From Ptychomitrium polyphyllum (taxonomy: Eukaryota), in assembly GCA_973851085.1 (NCBI GenBank), contig OZ316775.1, positions 21,204,001 to 21,268,000 on the forward strand: a DNA stretch of 64,000 nucleotides, in the 5' to 3' direction. Shown piece by piece: positions 13,590 to 27,300 of the stretch. The notes under the pieces are model-generated. The model was not told the DNA's origin. It searched no databases and saw only the letters and a program-made list of their open reading frames with translations. How positions within the stretch are numbered: the stretch's first letter is position 1; every line of letters starts with the position of its first letter. A program made the translations under genes and the position numbers.

Positions 13590-13689
13590 NNNNNNNNNNN
13601 NNNNNNNNNNNNNNNNNNNNNNNNNNNNNNNNNNNNNNNNNNNNNNNNNNNNNNNNNNNNNNNNNNNNNNNNNNNNNNNNNNNNNNNNN
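13590..13689. other. assembly gap (100 N)
   Basis: Run of exactly 100 n, so the true size is unknown. Confidence 1.
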
Positions 13690-15207
13690 AGGTAACTTAA
13701 TACTTGTACAGCTCATCTAAGATCATCTGTCAGCCTTATTATAAATCTGCCAGTTTACCAGATGATTGCACGACGACATTGACCATCTAGAAACAAATTA
13801 TGGCATGATTTTGCAGCACAGAAATGCAGCAGATCCTGTCAGCCTCGTGTTTTGGGAGAAGACTTGTCAGCTGCTGGTTGGCCTCCCAAGTTGGCCCTAA
13901 TTGAGTACCGCGTTCTAACGCACCCTTCAATAGGTCAATTCCTGTCTTACCTAGAGATTCGAGAATAGTAAAATGTTAGAAAACAAACCTTCTGCACCTT
14001 TGTGATGGCTAGAGCTTTATCTGTTCTGTAAGTGCTTCTCAGCCGTGTTCTACATGTACTTGAGCAAGTTGCTGTGTGATATTGTTCGTCCTAATCGATG
14101 AACGTCAATGTTTCACCAGCAAGAGCACGTCGACGTACGGGGAATAATGTTCTGTCGTTTTCAAGCTGCTTGAAATCGATCTCAAGTGCACTCGTATGAG
14201 TGAGAGGAAAACAGGGCATGAAAGGCAAGACAGGAACAGAAAGTCGAGATCCAGTGCAGAGAGGAGCCTGGCCCCACCGCTACCATATCAACAAACTGTG
14301 TTGAATGTTATCTAACTGAGCACGAACCACGGTTAATATAAAAAATAATTCCGTTCCACCGGCGCATGGGTGAGTGGCATTAGGTCCACGTGCTGGTCGG
14401 AACGGTATTATTCAAGCATCGTGAGTACTAAGCAGCATAATGCGTGATCTCGATCGAAGCGGGCGGGTAGCCACGCGAATCCTTGTCTATTGTCTCTTAG
14501 CTCTTGGGACAATCCGCCTGGTGCACGAGGGTCCCTGCGCTGGTGGGAAATCTAGGAAGAAGGGCTCATGAGTGGACTTACTACTTCCAAGTTGGAATTT
14601 GGAAGGCCATGGGCCCCATAAATGGAGCAGCTGCAGCATTAGAATTGGCTTAGTGTTGTGCCATCTTGTGTATCATATCTTTCAGAAACGGCTCTTGTAC
14701 GTCGTACGCACGCTACGTTTACGCATACCTTGATCCTCCAGATTCAAGTGGTACCCTCGTTGCGCCCATTCCCCGATTCTTGTAACTAATATTGAAGTTT
14801 GAGTATGATTTATTCTGTGGACTTCATCAATCAAGTTGAGAGGAGAGTACTCTTAAGTTTGCCTTGTTCATCTACTGGAAGACGTGAGCGAGAATCAAAC
14901 CAGATGGCATCAAGACTTGTATCAGGAAGTTTGAGAACGTAGACAACAATATAGCTGCGAGTGAGAGGAATTACTAGGTTTGAGTTGGGCTGACCCTCAA
15001 AGTGCAGCACCGGTTTCAGCTAAAGTATGTGTAAGGCAACAGTGTGTGCTTAAATTCGTGCAAAAGTTTTTGAAACGACGTAATGACACCAGCACAGGAG
15101 GGGGAGATCGAGGAAGGGGTACTCAGATTAATTGGATCGAAAGTTGTACTGCTAATTCAGACGCGAATACAGGGGTTGCAGGTGGTACCGTAAATTACGT
15201 CAGGATC

Positions 15208-17218
15208 ATGGGCCGCCACTCGAGCAGTCAAAAACACAAACTAAAGAGAGGGCTGTGGTCACCGGAAGAGGATGAGAAGCTGGCGCGCTACATCACCGAG
15301 CATGGCCATGGCTGCTGGAGCGCCGTGCCCAAGCTAGCGGGTATGTCATGCTAAACCCACCTCCTTGATTGGTCTAACTGCTCCAACTTCTGAGGATTAT
15401 AATATATTCGCCCCTACCTTTGGTTTTTAAAACACGCTCTCTCCTCAAGTCGTCCCGTTCGGTGATTACCGTGATCCCCTGTAAAGGTTTAATCCTGTTC
15501 AACTGGAAGTCCAGCATGAAGAGTTGTGTACATTAAGGCTCGAGAATGCATCAGCTCTGGACTGATATGTAGACATAGAACCCTTGCTTCCTGAAAACGT
15601 ATGAGGTTCAATTTTTGAAACATGAAACGGCGTTTGCACATTTACCTGGTGTAGGATTATTCAAGCTGGTTCACGTTAGGAGCAATACTTAGGAAGGGGC
15701 CTAGTTCATATTCATTTGATAAGCAGATGATCGTGGTTAATCCTACGTTAATGGCCGGTTATTGAAACGTCAGGTCTCCAACGGTGTGGGAAGAGCTGCC
15801 GGCTGCGGTGGATCAACTACCTCAGGCCGGATTTGAAACGAGGAGTATTTTCGGTAGCGGAGGAGCATTTGATCATCGACTTGCATGCTGTCCTTGGTAA
15901 CAGGTCGTCTCAATCTTAATGCCTCATCACAAGATTTTTACGACTACATTAATTCTGCCTTTTGCTTCAACCTAACGTACCATTCAAACCAGAATTCTCG
16001 GTTTCATGATAGTAAAAGGTGAATTATTGTAATGCTAAGGTGACCCTGTGCGGTACGTACTTACATAAATCTGGAATTTTAAACCAATTCTGATGGTGTG
16101 GAATGTGGTCTTTCTTTATATGATGAGGATACAGGTGGTCACAGATTGCTATCCAACTGCCAGGCCGCACGGACAACGAAATAAAGAACTTCTGGAATTC
16201 GTGCATCAAGAAGAAGCTCCGCAGCATCGGCATCGACCCCGACACTCACAAGCGTCTCACACCAGATCAGCAGCAGCTTGTTCATTCAGGAGACACTTCT
16301 TCAACTTGTGAAGATATCATGCTAACTTCTCAAACTGAAGCTGGTTCCTGCAGTCACGCTGGGGCAGGATATTCAGGCGGACATCAGCAGCTCCTGAGGT
16401 TCACAAGCAACGAGTTCAAAGCGCAGTCTCTCTTCCACTCTCAAGGCCTTCCTAACAACACACTTCCCATGGAGGATGTGACGTACTGCAATCCAACCAG
16501 AAACGTTTCCAGTAATCCCAGCCACAACGTGAACAAACCAGCTTTTGTGGATTTCAGTAGAGTAGATGCTAATCATAATCAAGCAGGGGATGGAGCCCTC
16601 AACCTTCTGGAGCGGCTCACGATGAGCAGGCAGCAAAATACCCAAGGGATAATATATGCCAAGGTGCCACCTTGTCCATCTGGCTCCACACATTTGCCAG
16701 AGCAGCAGGTATCCGCATCGATGCTGCCAGCACCATTCAACCCTGTGTTCTGGCTTCTGCAATGTGGGGCATCCAGCTCCTCTGCTTCCCTGCGTGATCA
16801 GCATCTTCATGATACACCTGGTATTGAAACCAAGCACGGTTCAAGATTTGCAGGGAGCTACTCCTCTGTAAGTGGAAAGTTTGAAGGCGGATTCATGCAT
16901 GACAGGGGCGACTTGAGCTCCATGATTGCTGCTAATTTCATGAATCGTCACAACAGGGGAAGGTTTTCCCAACTGGGCAGTTTAGCTGATGAAGACCCTA
17001 TGAACATGGATGTGGAGCACCATGAGTTGCCGTGGCAGCCTTGTCACAATGGACGTAATGAACCCAGCACTAGCAGTAACAGCAACAGCACGGAGATCAG
17101 CCACTCTGAACCCAGATCACTAGTCTCCTCCCAGAAGTATCATCCCCACGACCAACAATCTTTTGAGAGCAATGACACTGAGATGAAATGGTGTGATTTT
17201 CTGCCAACTCTAGAATAA
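15208..17218 (+). CDS. R2R3-MYB transcription factor (MYB50/55/61/86-like), about 448 aa
   Basis: Exons 15208-15340 (133 nt), 15774-15903 (130 nt) and 16135-17218, the canonical R2R3-MYB layout. Protein: [25 protein letters not shown]...[23 protein letters not shown]...[38 protein letters not shown]. Confidence 0.96.
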
Positions 17219-17689
17219 ATGGGCAGCCATGACCATCCTGAATTAAGATCAAGGAATTCTATAACCTTGCATCAGCAAAATGAAGTGGTGCACTGTGCAC
17301 CTGCCTCTGATTCAACTGGCCATGTCACCCATTTGGGCAGCTCTAAGACACAAAGTCATATGAATTGGCAAATGCTGGGTCAGGGTACAGGCTGATGTCA
17401 GGATAGCATGTAATACTCCATGGCCAGCCCCACAATAGCAAAAGTTATGGGGTTATATGTTAAATTTGTAGTCATAGTCATTCTTATATGAAAGGAGAGG
17501 CCAACATTAAGAGGTACTGAATAATTAAGTCAAACTTGCTGCAATCATCAATGTACAGCACTGTAATGACAGCCATGAGTGCATAAAACCTTGCTTTTGA
17601 GCATCTTTGTCAATTAAGGATCCAAGGATCCATATAGAGATTCAATTCAAGAGATTATTAATTTAGTTATCTATGAAAATGGATTTCAG

Positions 17690-18130
17690 TTTCAAAAGTG
17701 ACATAGGACATAGTCATCCAGCTGTGTAACAGGTTTGGTGTGTAATAGAGCCTCTGCGTTCTTTTGAGCAACATTGTGTGCATCTATGTTTACCTGAATC
17801 AAGACTTGACATTTCAATATATGCAGCTGATTCACATCCCCAAAAGGATTTTTTCTTGAATATTTGACTGGTCCAGCAGTATTCAACTCTGAAAATCTCC
17901 AATTTTGGCATCTTGTCACTGTGATATGCCTTCCATGCTATCTTTGTGTGTGGCCACAGCATATACAAAGTGCAGTGTCACATATGTAGTTGTCAATTGT
18001 ACTTTAGGTTAATCAGGACGCATTGAGCCTTGAGACCTCCAAGGTTACCAACATAGACCATATTGTGTTATTCCAATGCACATGCCAACTTCCTCACTGC
18101 AGCCAATGTTCACTGCATTGATTCTTGAGC
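17690..18130 (-). pseudogene. decayed PLS-class PPR fragment
   Basis: YMLWPHTKIAWKAYHSDKMPKLEIF resembles the PPR consensus MY.KCG.I.DA.KVFDKMP..D..SWN. Frameshifted and stop-interrupted. Confidence 0.45.
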
Positions 18131-21100
18131 TTTCAACTTTCAGTTATCATACAATTGGCATACTTGTAGTAAATAATAGTATTTTTAATTATATTGGATA
18201 ATGTTTCCTTGTTTTACCTTAGAGAGTATCAATCATTTTCCTATAATCAAATCCACATATTACAAGGAGATTTTGTTACGGCATCAACACTTGAGACCAA
18301 TTTATACATGGAATCAAGATCAATCTTTTTGGAAGCCAACTCAATCCCTAAAAACCTTGAAGCCATTTTGCTTCCATTCATAGACTTGCAAATTGGCCTC
18401 AACAAATTCCTTTAGACTTTTTAGAATACCAACACCATTTTAGTTTGCTTGAATTCATCTTAAGATTAAATCTTTGAAAGGTTTAGTAAATAAAAACCTC
18501 AAAGGGAGGTATTTTGAAACAAATAAAGGTCTTCTAATACGGAATAAAATATTTGAAATTTCTTTCATGGTACCATCTTCTACACAAAAAAATACAAAAA
18601 ATACAAAATAATAAAACATACATACTTTATAGGTTTTTGTTTTGATTAAAAAATTTATGTGACAAAATAAAGTGTTGACATGACAAGAAATAGACAATAC
18701 TATACTTTCAACTTCTTACAATGCCTAAAATTTATAAAGTTTGAAATTCAAGGGATGATTAATTGAACAACTTTAATTATATACCAACTTGGAAAACTAC
18801 TTTACAACCCTAGCTAATCCTTTTGCAAAGACTCTTACATGATGGCCTTTGGTTTCTCATTTACAGGGGTCAACTACTCTACCAATGAGAGGAGGAGGGA
18901 ATTCAGCTACTTCTTTGGGGTGTCAACTACTTCTTGACCTCAACTAGCCTTGAATCCACATGTAAGAAGTACATAAAACCAAGGAAAAGGAAAGAAAAAC
19001 GACATACCACATTCAAACTTTGACAACTTGTTTGCAAGTGCCTCTTCGGAGCTGTAGCAACCCTCAAGAAACTGAGCACATGAGTGACCTCCAAGTTTTA
19101 TCCATGACCACATCACAAATAAATTGCATGGCTCTTTATAGGACACTTAGAGGGGAACTCATGGGCTCAGCAATCTGCATCATCAGTAAAGAGTCAGCGA
19201 GAGTAGTTGCAGTTCTACAGAGCCACATTATGATGTGGGGCACTTGTTATATCACTCTGCCAACCCTTTTTCGTGAGCAGGACAGCTACTATGTTATTCA
19301 ACTTCTTTCAACCTCATCAACATTGATTTATGCATGCACAGTATGATGACCAAAACATTCTGCCCCATACATGGACTACCATGTGAATCATAAAGCAGCC
19401 AATTCCTGGAAGTTTCTCTATAATAATAAGTTGACATCATATATGTGATAAAATGTCATTCATGTCAGTATCAAGTCTTCCAATCAGCAGTTGAGAAGAG
19501 AACTGCGTAGGCTGGCCGCCCATGTGCATACTTTGTGCAGAGATTTCTAGTTACTACACTCTGCCATGAGTTTGTCCTTCAAAGTGTCAGACATGCTTGG
19601 ACCTTCACCATGGGCCAACCAGGGTTGTCTTATTAGATGGACATGGTTCAAAAGTGATTCTTTATGGACAAATAAATGAGTCAAGTCCGCCCTGATCAAT
19701 TTAGTCCGCCTTCATCAATTTGGTGTATAAATATATGTAGAACAATAAATTTAGTTGAGTTTCTTCAATTACAATTTTGCCTCTAGTTACCAATACTCCA
19801 TGATGCTTTGGAAGGAACTATGGCATAAAATTTCTTAGAAGAGGTGCATGTATGAGAAGGTGTGTGCATAGGGAGTGAGGGTGGTGGTGCACATGCAAGG
19901 AGGTGCAGAGGGGGCCATAGCGCTAAGTGGCTAGGGTGGGGGCAAGATGGCCTTGAAGGGCAAAGTAAACAAAAGTTTAAAACACCTTGGCAAAGATTGT
20001 GAGGCATACTAATTGTTGATTCTTTAGTTGTTGGTGGTTCAATAATAGTTGTTAGTGATGGAATAATTTACGATCTTGTAAAGTATGGTCAAATTTCTTC
20101 AAGTGTGGACAATTGGCAAATTATGCGGCTACAACTGGAACCTCTACTTTGTTTCTCCATTATACTCTCTATTGTTATGGATTAAGCAACATCATTTCAA
20201 CTTGCAATTCAAAACAGGCTCCATTAAGAAGGGTGTAGGCTTCCATTTGATTAGATAAGGAACTTAGGCTAGACATGGATTCCATCTAGGCAAGTACAAA
20301 TTTTATTTAGATTAGTTCTCATCTTAAAATAAAAGTTTCATTAAGATTAGGTGTAAGCTTTTATAAGCTATGTAAGGACTCTAGAAGAAGTCAACGAGTG
20401 GCCTTTTAATTTAGTGCACATTATTAATTGGGGCACAAACATCTTAGTAAAATAAACAATAATTCCAAAATTAAACGAAGGTCTTATACCTTAGAAGCAT
20501 GACCTTTTATTTCTTATAAGTGCCTTTATGGGGCAATTTCTTTTACTTACGTTTTGGCAAGAAGAGCTTAGAAAAATCTTTGGCCTGATGGTGGGCCTTG
20601 CAAGCCTTATGGGATCTTAATGGCAACCGCATTTTAGGCTAGGTGTAGGAATTCTTATAGAAGGTGTAGCTGCACATGCTCCTTCAATAAAATGGATGAA
20701 ATTTAAATTCTATATATGTAAATGTTTTTTTATTTTTCTTAAAAATATTATGAATACAAATATTACCTCCTAAATTATTTTAATTTCATACCTTATTGTG
20801 ATTCAAACTTGAATGAATGTTTATTATATTGGAATTAACTTTTCATTTGTATTAAATCTACTTTCTACTTTCTTTTTTACCAAATTTTTAAAAATAATTT
20901 CAACATATTTTTTATTTTTGAACATAAATTTAAAACTAAGTTACATCTAATTTTTACATAGGAAAAAATCTCATGTTTATTTGAACATTACTACATATAA
21001 AAAAAAGAGAAATTCTACTTTTGGTTATATACAACAATTTGTGTTTTATATTGGTTTTGTAATAACTTGAATTATTAAAAGATTATATTTAACTTGTATA

Positions 21101-22149
21101 ATATGATTTCATGATTATGCTTTTTTTTAAATTCAAAATATCTTGAATGAATTGCATCATACATATAATAGAAAAATTATAGCATCAAAAATTGATTCTA
21201 AATAGTATTATATTTTAAACAATTACTATTGTTCAACTATAAGATTTGATTTTATTTAAATATTTATGTCAATAAAAAATATTACCATGAACAAAGGCAC
21301 CATTAAGATAAATACAAGTAATCTTAAATATTAATAACATAATGATATTAATCAAGTCAATGATTTATATATAATGATGATAATTTCTTTTAAGAACTAA
21401 ATACCTTAATCATTACATACTTGTCCAAAGATTCATTTGTAGCAATAGTACAAGGTTTGTATAATTTATCTTTCCACATGTGAAGATTATCCTTTAATTT
21501 AAATTTATTTCTTTTTCAAACTTAAATTCAATACTAATTAATAATGGTAGATAAATGTTAGTCATGAAATTTCATTTTCAAGCATCATCCATGGAACTTT
21601 ATTATTTGTAAACATTTGTATTGGTATTTATTGCAATATTGTGAAAAATTCCAAATATAGAATTTTTAAATTTCCAATTTAGATTTGTAGAGGTATTTAT
21701 CCATACAATAATAGATGTATGTATTATTTGAACATTTATAAAGAAGTATTGATAAATATATGTTTATTTGAATTCATATTAAAAATTATATGAATGAATT
21801 TCATATTAATTTCTCTTAAATGCATATCAACAATATTCCAGTGATTTAGAAAACAATAGCATGGTATGACCTACTTTAAAATGTAAATTTTTCATATTAT
21901 CAATAAAGAAAGGTTCTTTTAGCCTTCCTAGAATTTTTTAATTTTGAAGAATTAAAATATAACATTATTAATACAATATTAATAAGATTCTATTATACAT
22001 ATAATATATAAAATATGATTTTACTAACACAACCTTAAAGATTTAACATAAGAAATTTAGTATTGTAAATATAGTGTTCCAAATATAGTACTAAATATAC
22101 AATACAATAAATATAGCCTTAATGTCAAAATCATTGCACGTGACTATAT

Positions 22150-23080
22150 TATATTAAACTATACTTCTAGGCAATGGCTCTTAGTGCTACTTGTTTTTGC
22201 TCCATTATTTTCCACTCTAGCATTGCCCATGAATCTTTTTATTGCTTGAATTTTTGTGTGCAAGTCTTCCACTTAGAGTAATATTCTAAACATATTGAAA
22301 TTTTTTAGTTGAAAAGTCCTCCTTCAAATTTACTATCATTGCATTTTTTTCTATTGATTCTTAAGGGGATTGTTGCACATCTTCTTTGAGTTGCAAAATA
22401 TACAAGTCCTTTATTTTTAATTGAACTTTCAGACTTTTGAAACTCTATGGCGTTTGCTAAATATGCTTGACTTTAACAAGTTGTATTGTTAACAACTTTA
22501 GTTATTCCGTATGTGCCTCCATGCATAATGGATGTTCCCTCATCTACAACATTTACATGCCTTTTACCATCCATTGCCTCTCTAATGACTTCATTTGTTC
22601 TAAATTCATCTATAATAAGGCCTCCAACATTTGCAACTTTGTCTATTTTATTGCTAGCACCTTCTTTAAAATTAACTAGCCTTATTATGACATTGGTTGG
22701 ATCCAAATTCACCATGTCAACACCTCAATTTAAGCTTGCAATTAAAGCTACACAACAAACTCAACACTCTCTTCTAAATGCCAATGCAATTGGTATCTTT
22801 GATTATTATTGATCAAATTTTTTAATTATGTTAAAATCTAGATTTGATGGCTTTGTAACAATATCTTATTCATTAGCCTTAGTCTTTCTTACTCTTTCTA
22901 ACCTCTCCCTTAGAGATAGCCAAACATCCTTTAGAATATTCAATTCTATTAGGAAATTGATTGAAGATGGACTTGACTTAATGGATGACCAACTAACAAC
23001 CTTATAAAAGATGACTTCTACATAAATCATCATACAAATGAAATGAGGAGCCTCAAACCTCTTCGTGAAGTCCATGCTAT
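22150..23080 (-). mobile_element. decayed coding remnant inside an AT-rich block, probably TE-derived
   Basis: Semi-continuous minus-strand frame (ORFs 22866-23075 and 22473-22715) broken by stops. Family not identified. Confidence 0.3.
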
Positions 23081-23586
23081 ATATGGACTCATGTAATTGA
23101 ATCTAATCATTACGTAAGGTTTGTTGATTTACTTTGTTTAAATGTTGGTTGTTTGCTTTATTTGAATGTTAATGCATCTAAAAATAAAAATAACTTGGCT
23201 TTATATGTAGCCAAGGACCACAACTTTAGTTTCAAATTCCACTCATAAAAGGCCATTTATTTATATATTTCTAGGCCCCTTACATTCTACATCACATTCC
23301 TTCTTTTGTTCAATGTGAATGAAAGGCCACTATTATTTTCCAACAAGATCCATTGGTAGAAGACTTGGAAGATGAACTAATTCTAAACTGGAATTTCCAA
23401 ATTCCAATTTAAAGTTTGTAACTCCACTCTCTAAAAAATGTGCCTAAATCTAAAGCATTTACAAGTCAAACAACCTGGAAAATACTAAAATTAGACCAAC
23501 TACAAGCATTCAACATTCATACAAACCATACACAACAAAAAGCATGTGCATATGTATACAAAATGAAGTTCATCCCAAAATCCTGC

Positions 23587-23678
23587 AATCAGCCACCTTG
23601 CAATAGTTGAAAGACCAAGATTCAAGCTGGAATCAGCCAACTTGCAATAGTTGAAAGACCAAGATTCAAGCTGGAATC
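23587..23678. repeat. 44-bp tandem duplication
   Basis: aatcagcca(c/a)cttgcaatagttgaaagaccaagattcaagctgg at 23587 and 23631. Confidence 0.92.
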
Positions 23679-23708
23679 GTGAGAATGCAAGGTATTTATA
23701 TCCTTAGC

Positions 23709-23900
23709 TTGCACAGGCCTTGCTACGCATAGCACAAGCCTCCGGTACACCTGCGCCTGGCAAAGGCTCGAGCAAGCGTTAGTCGGCCTACGTGTGCCAG
23801 GGCAGGCTCACGCAGGCATACGATTGGCCTGCGCGCTTGCCCTGGGCAGGTGTGCGCGTGGGTTTGCAATGGGACATGGCTCTGCATGCAGGCCGTGCAA
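23709..23900. repeat. GC-rich nested inverted-repeat (fold-back/MITE-like) element
   Basis: Ends ttgcacaggccttgc and gcaggccgtgcaa are near reverse complements. 23747-23763 pairs with 23837-23853 (14/17), and 23796-23817 pairs with 23827-23847. Confidence 0.65.
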
Positions 23901-24387
23901 ACAAGAACCCATGCACAACAGTAAAAGAAATGCACAACTTCAGGCAACATAAGTTACAACAGACTCAACTGACTTCTAAAAGCTAATGTTTATGCAGGCT
24001 GTAAAGGGAACCTGTTTTATGCATTGCATTAGAGAAGCAAAACTGAAAATAACGTCAAATGGCCCAAAGATAATGTGGAGTCACCATTTCATAATATACA
24101 AATGTTCACATATACTACCACTAATCTAGATTCTACATGAAAACTTCTCATGGGAAACACGAAACAAATTGGCCATCATCAAGCTCTCCCAACTGACTGC
24201 ATAATATTTCCGCATCTACAGAGACCTATACTACTTAACCGTTAACAACTATACTGGTTTTGTTGAGTAACATGAAGAAATAACAATAATATGTATTATA
24301 TCGAGCTTATTTTAAGTAAATACGTATACTTCACAATCATACAACTCTTCAAGGGATGAGAGCCATATCTTACAAAGAGAAGAAGAA

Positions 24388-27300
24388 TCATGAGGCAGCT
24401 TTCAATTTAGCCACCTTAGTAATTTTCACCTGCTTCATAACCAATATACGCGCTGCTTTCACAAGCTCTTCCTTGATCATAAAGAGAATGGCTGCTGCCG
24501 CCACACTCTGCACAATTTTGGTGCTCATGCCCTTGTAGAAGCCTGTCAGCCCTTCAAAGCGTACCATCTTCACAATTGCGTCCAATGTGCCTGAATACAT
24601 GTCACTCAGTAGCCATCCTCAAAAACGAAACCTGATTATTCTAACTCCAATACGTCACAGATCATGAGCAAGAGAAACCACCAAAAAAACTGTAATATTT
24701 CAGGACTAACTAGCAGTTGGTGATAGGTACGTACCAGTGTACTGCAAATGTTTATCTCCTATCTCCTGCTTTGCTTGCAGCCGGGACTGCCAAGTGACCA
24801 ACAAACATTAAACTCAGATACAACTCCTCAACTTCAAAAGGACCGTATAAAATGTCTACTGGAAGTAATAGATAGATCTGTATAAAGAATTTGTCTTCAG
24901 CCATCCAAAACAATATCTTATACCATATGAGGAACTGAAAACTCACAGGCAATGATAACTTTTCAAAACTCTTCTGATCGGAGATGGGACGAAAGACAAG
25001 CGGGCCACAATCAGGATGTTCAGTGATGATAAGAAAGAAATACTCACCTTCACAACCAGCAGAGGGTATGTCACCACTGTAGCCCCGAGTTTTGCAATTG
25101 CTCCAAGCAAGAACACCTAACACATGCATACAACAGCAGAATACATCGAATCAAGCCAAAGCACAAAGTACAAAATACCATGTGTCATCAAAGATTTAGA
25201 AGCGAATAACAAAGCTACGAACACAAGCCAAAAATCTACAAAGAATAGATGATGATGCACAAAGATAATTGTACGTATGAATACCTCGCCAGCTGAAACA
25301 TGCTTCACACCCCTAGAAGTCACTACCCGCTTTTCCGTCAGTTTCTTCAGCATGCCCTCGTAGAGCATAAACTGTACTGCTGGGTTGCAAACCTGTTCCA
25401 GCACACATTTACAGTAACACCATTACTGGCAAGGATCGGATAACACAAGAGAGAAACTGAGAAGGAACCTTCATGACAGAATTGCACTAAACGTTCTTGA
25501 TGTATGCCAAGTGTACAGTCTTCGAGACTTTCATGAATCTCAAATTTGTGAAGCTTGAGGTCCCAGAAAGCCCAGATAGTCACAGAACGGCGCAGGGACA
25601 CAATATGCTTAACCTTGAACCTTTTTAGGACGGTAAATCAACAGCCCTAAACGAAAGAACACTTAAATAGATGTGTAAGCTCCAAACAGAAACATCTACA
25701 TCGAGCACGAGAAAAACCAACCATGACTAGAGAAGGAAAAACGCCTTTCCAGAAGCCGCGCACGCCAGCCTCCTTGTATAAATCCTTGATCTGCAAGAAA
25801 AAACAAGTCAATTTAAAGCAAGAATCTGTTAACTTAACAATTAATTACAAGTATTAAAACAACGGAGCAAATGATACAATGGGAATAACGAAAGGGCACT
25901 AAGTTTCTTCTAATTAACAATGTCCAGTTTACCAAAAATTCAAATAAAATGAAGAAACCCACTTTCAATTGTTGCCATCAGAACAACACATAAAAGAGCG
26001 CATGGATAGTGAGTCACAATCTATTACAGGGATGTTCCAGCAACAATCTATATATTAAGCGAAAGAGTATGTTTGCTTGAGGCAATATCTTGAAACCCAA
26101 AACCTTGAGGCCAATGAAAGTGTTCTTGGTACCATTGGAAAACTCTCAGAAAAGAGAGGTCAACATTGGTGGTTTCATAGGTTTTAAAACTATGGTAAAA
26201 CAGGTTTTCCAGAGGTTTGCACTGCAAAGCTGCCATGGTTGGGCTAACGGCACAAGGCATACTAGTAGGTTTTTAAAACGGGTTAAACCCTCTAAAAAAC
26301 TTGAGCCTCCAATTGGCAATCCATATCTTACACTGTTTAGATAATCCCATAGGGGAACAACTCATTGGAACCCAACATACAAACATTACTTCCAGTTAAA
26401 TAACCTAGTGTGAGAAATAAGACAATCCTGATAAAGAGAATGAAAATGCTCAAGATGTATTACTGTGTCAAGTGTTCCTTGCCCTGCAGAGGAAGGAGAT
26501 GAATTAGAAGTCGAAGTTGTAGCCGAAACAATACTTGGCACAACAACATATCTCGAAGGCCTCGTGATTACATTATTTGCAGTTATTTCAGACCTCTTCT
26601 GAGCCTGTGCTTGAGTCTGTCAACAAAGTGGCAGACAGAAACAAGATTGAAAAGGACTAATCGAATAATGACTCACAACGATGACAAGGAAGTAAACCTC
26701 AACTCTGATTGGAATACGTATGTCCAAATTTCCTCAAAAAAACACTAAAGGAACTGCACAATCAAGACAAATCAGTGGCCGCATTCAGCTAAATACAATT
26801 CAACGGAAGACAGAATTGCAGCGAGGCAGTCGACAGTGAACCAGACAATGAGAGATTATACCTGCATACGCGTGACTATCACCCAAATAGGATTCGTCAG
26901 TAAAACATTTACACATCTGCACACAAGAAAGATTCAAAATCTGACAGTCTCCAATGCAAGGTACTTCGTAAATTATAAAGGACAACATCTGCATAAATCG
27001 GACCTTCAAATGGAGTTAATATACAAAGTGCTCATGCATTCTAGCCTTGCAATAGATGATTTAAAACACCTCCAAACATGGAGGTAAAACTGTATCCTGG
27101 TAAGTCTCCAGAGTAAAGTGCAGAATCAAAATTCTTGAATCAAAGTGCAGATATGAAACAACTAGCAAAGTAATGATAAGAATTTATACCCAGCCAGAGC
27201 TGCTATAAGCAGGGAAGTCAGCATTCCCACCGAGGCATTGGCATTACTTAGCGTCCTTAATTTCTGAGCTCGAGTCTCTGCTTCATTTCTCAGAAGTTGG

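Noticed and set aside
14980..15207. N-terminal extension of the MYB
   Set aside because: It starts at TTG with no in-frame ATG, and MGRH at 15208 gives the canonical 133-nt exon 1.
19615..19720. RVVLLDGHGSK as a pogo/DDE_1 transposase motif, plus a 19-bp direct repeat
   Set aside because: A single short motif with no flanking similarity that I could trace; it may be chance.
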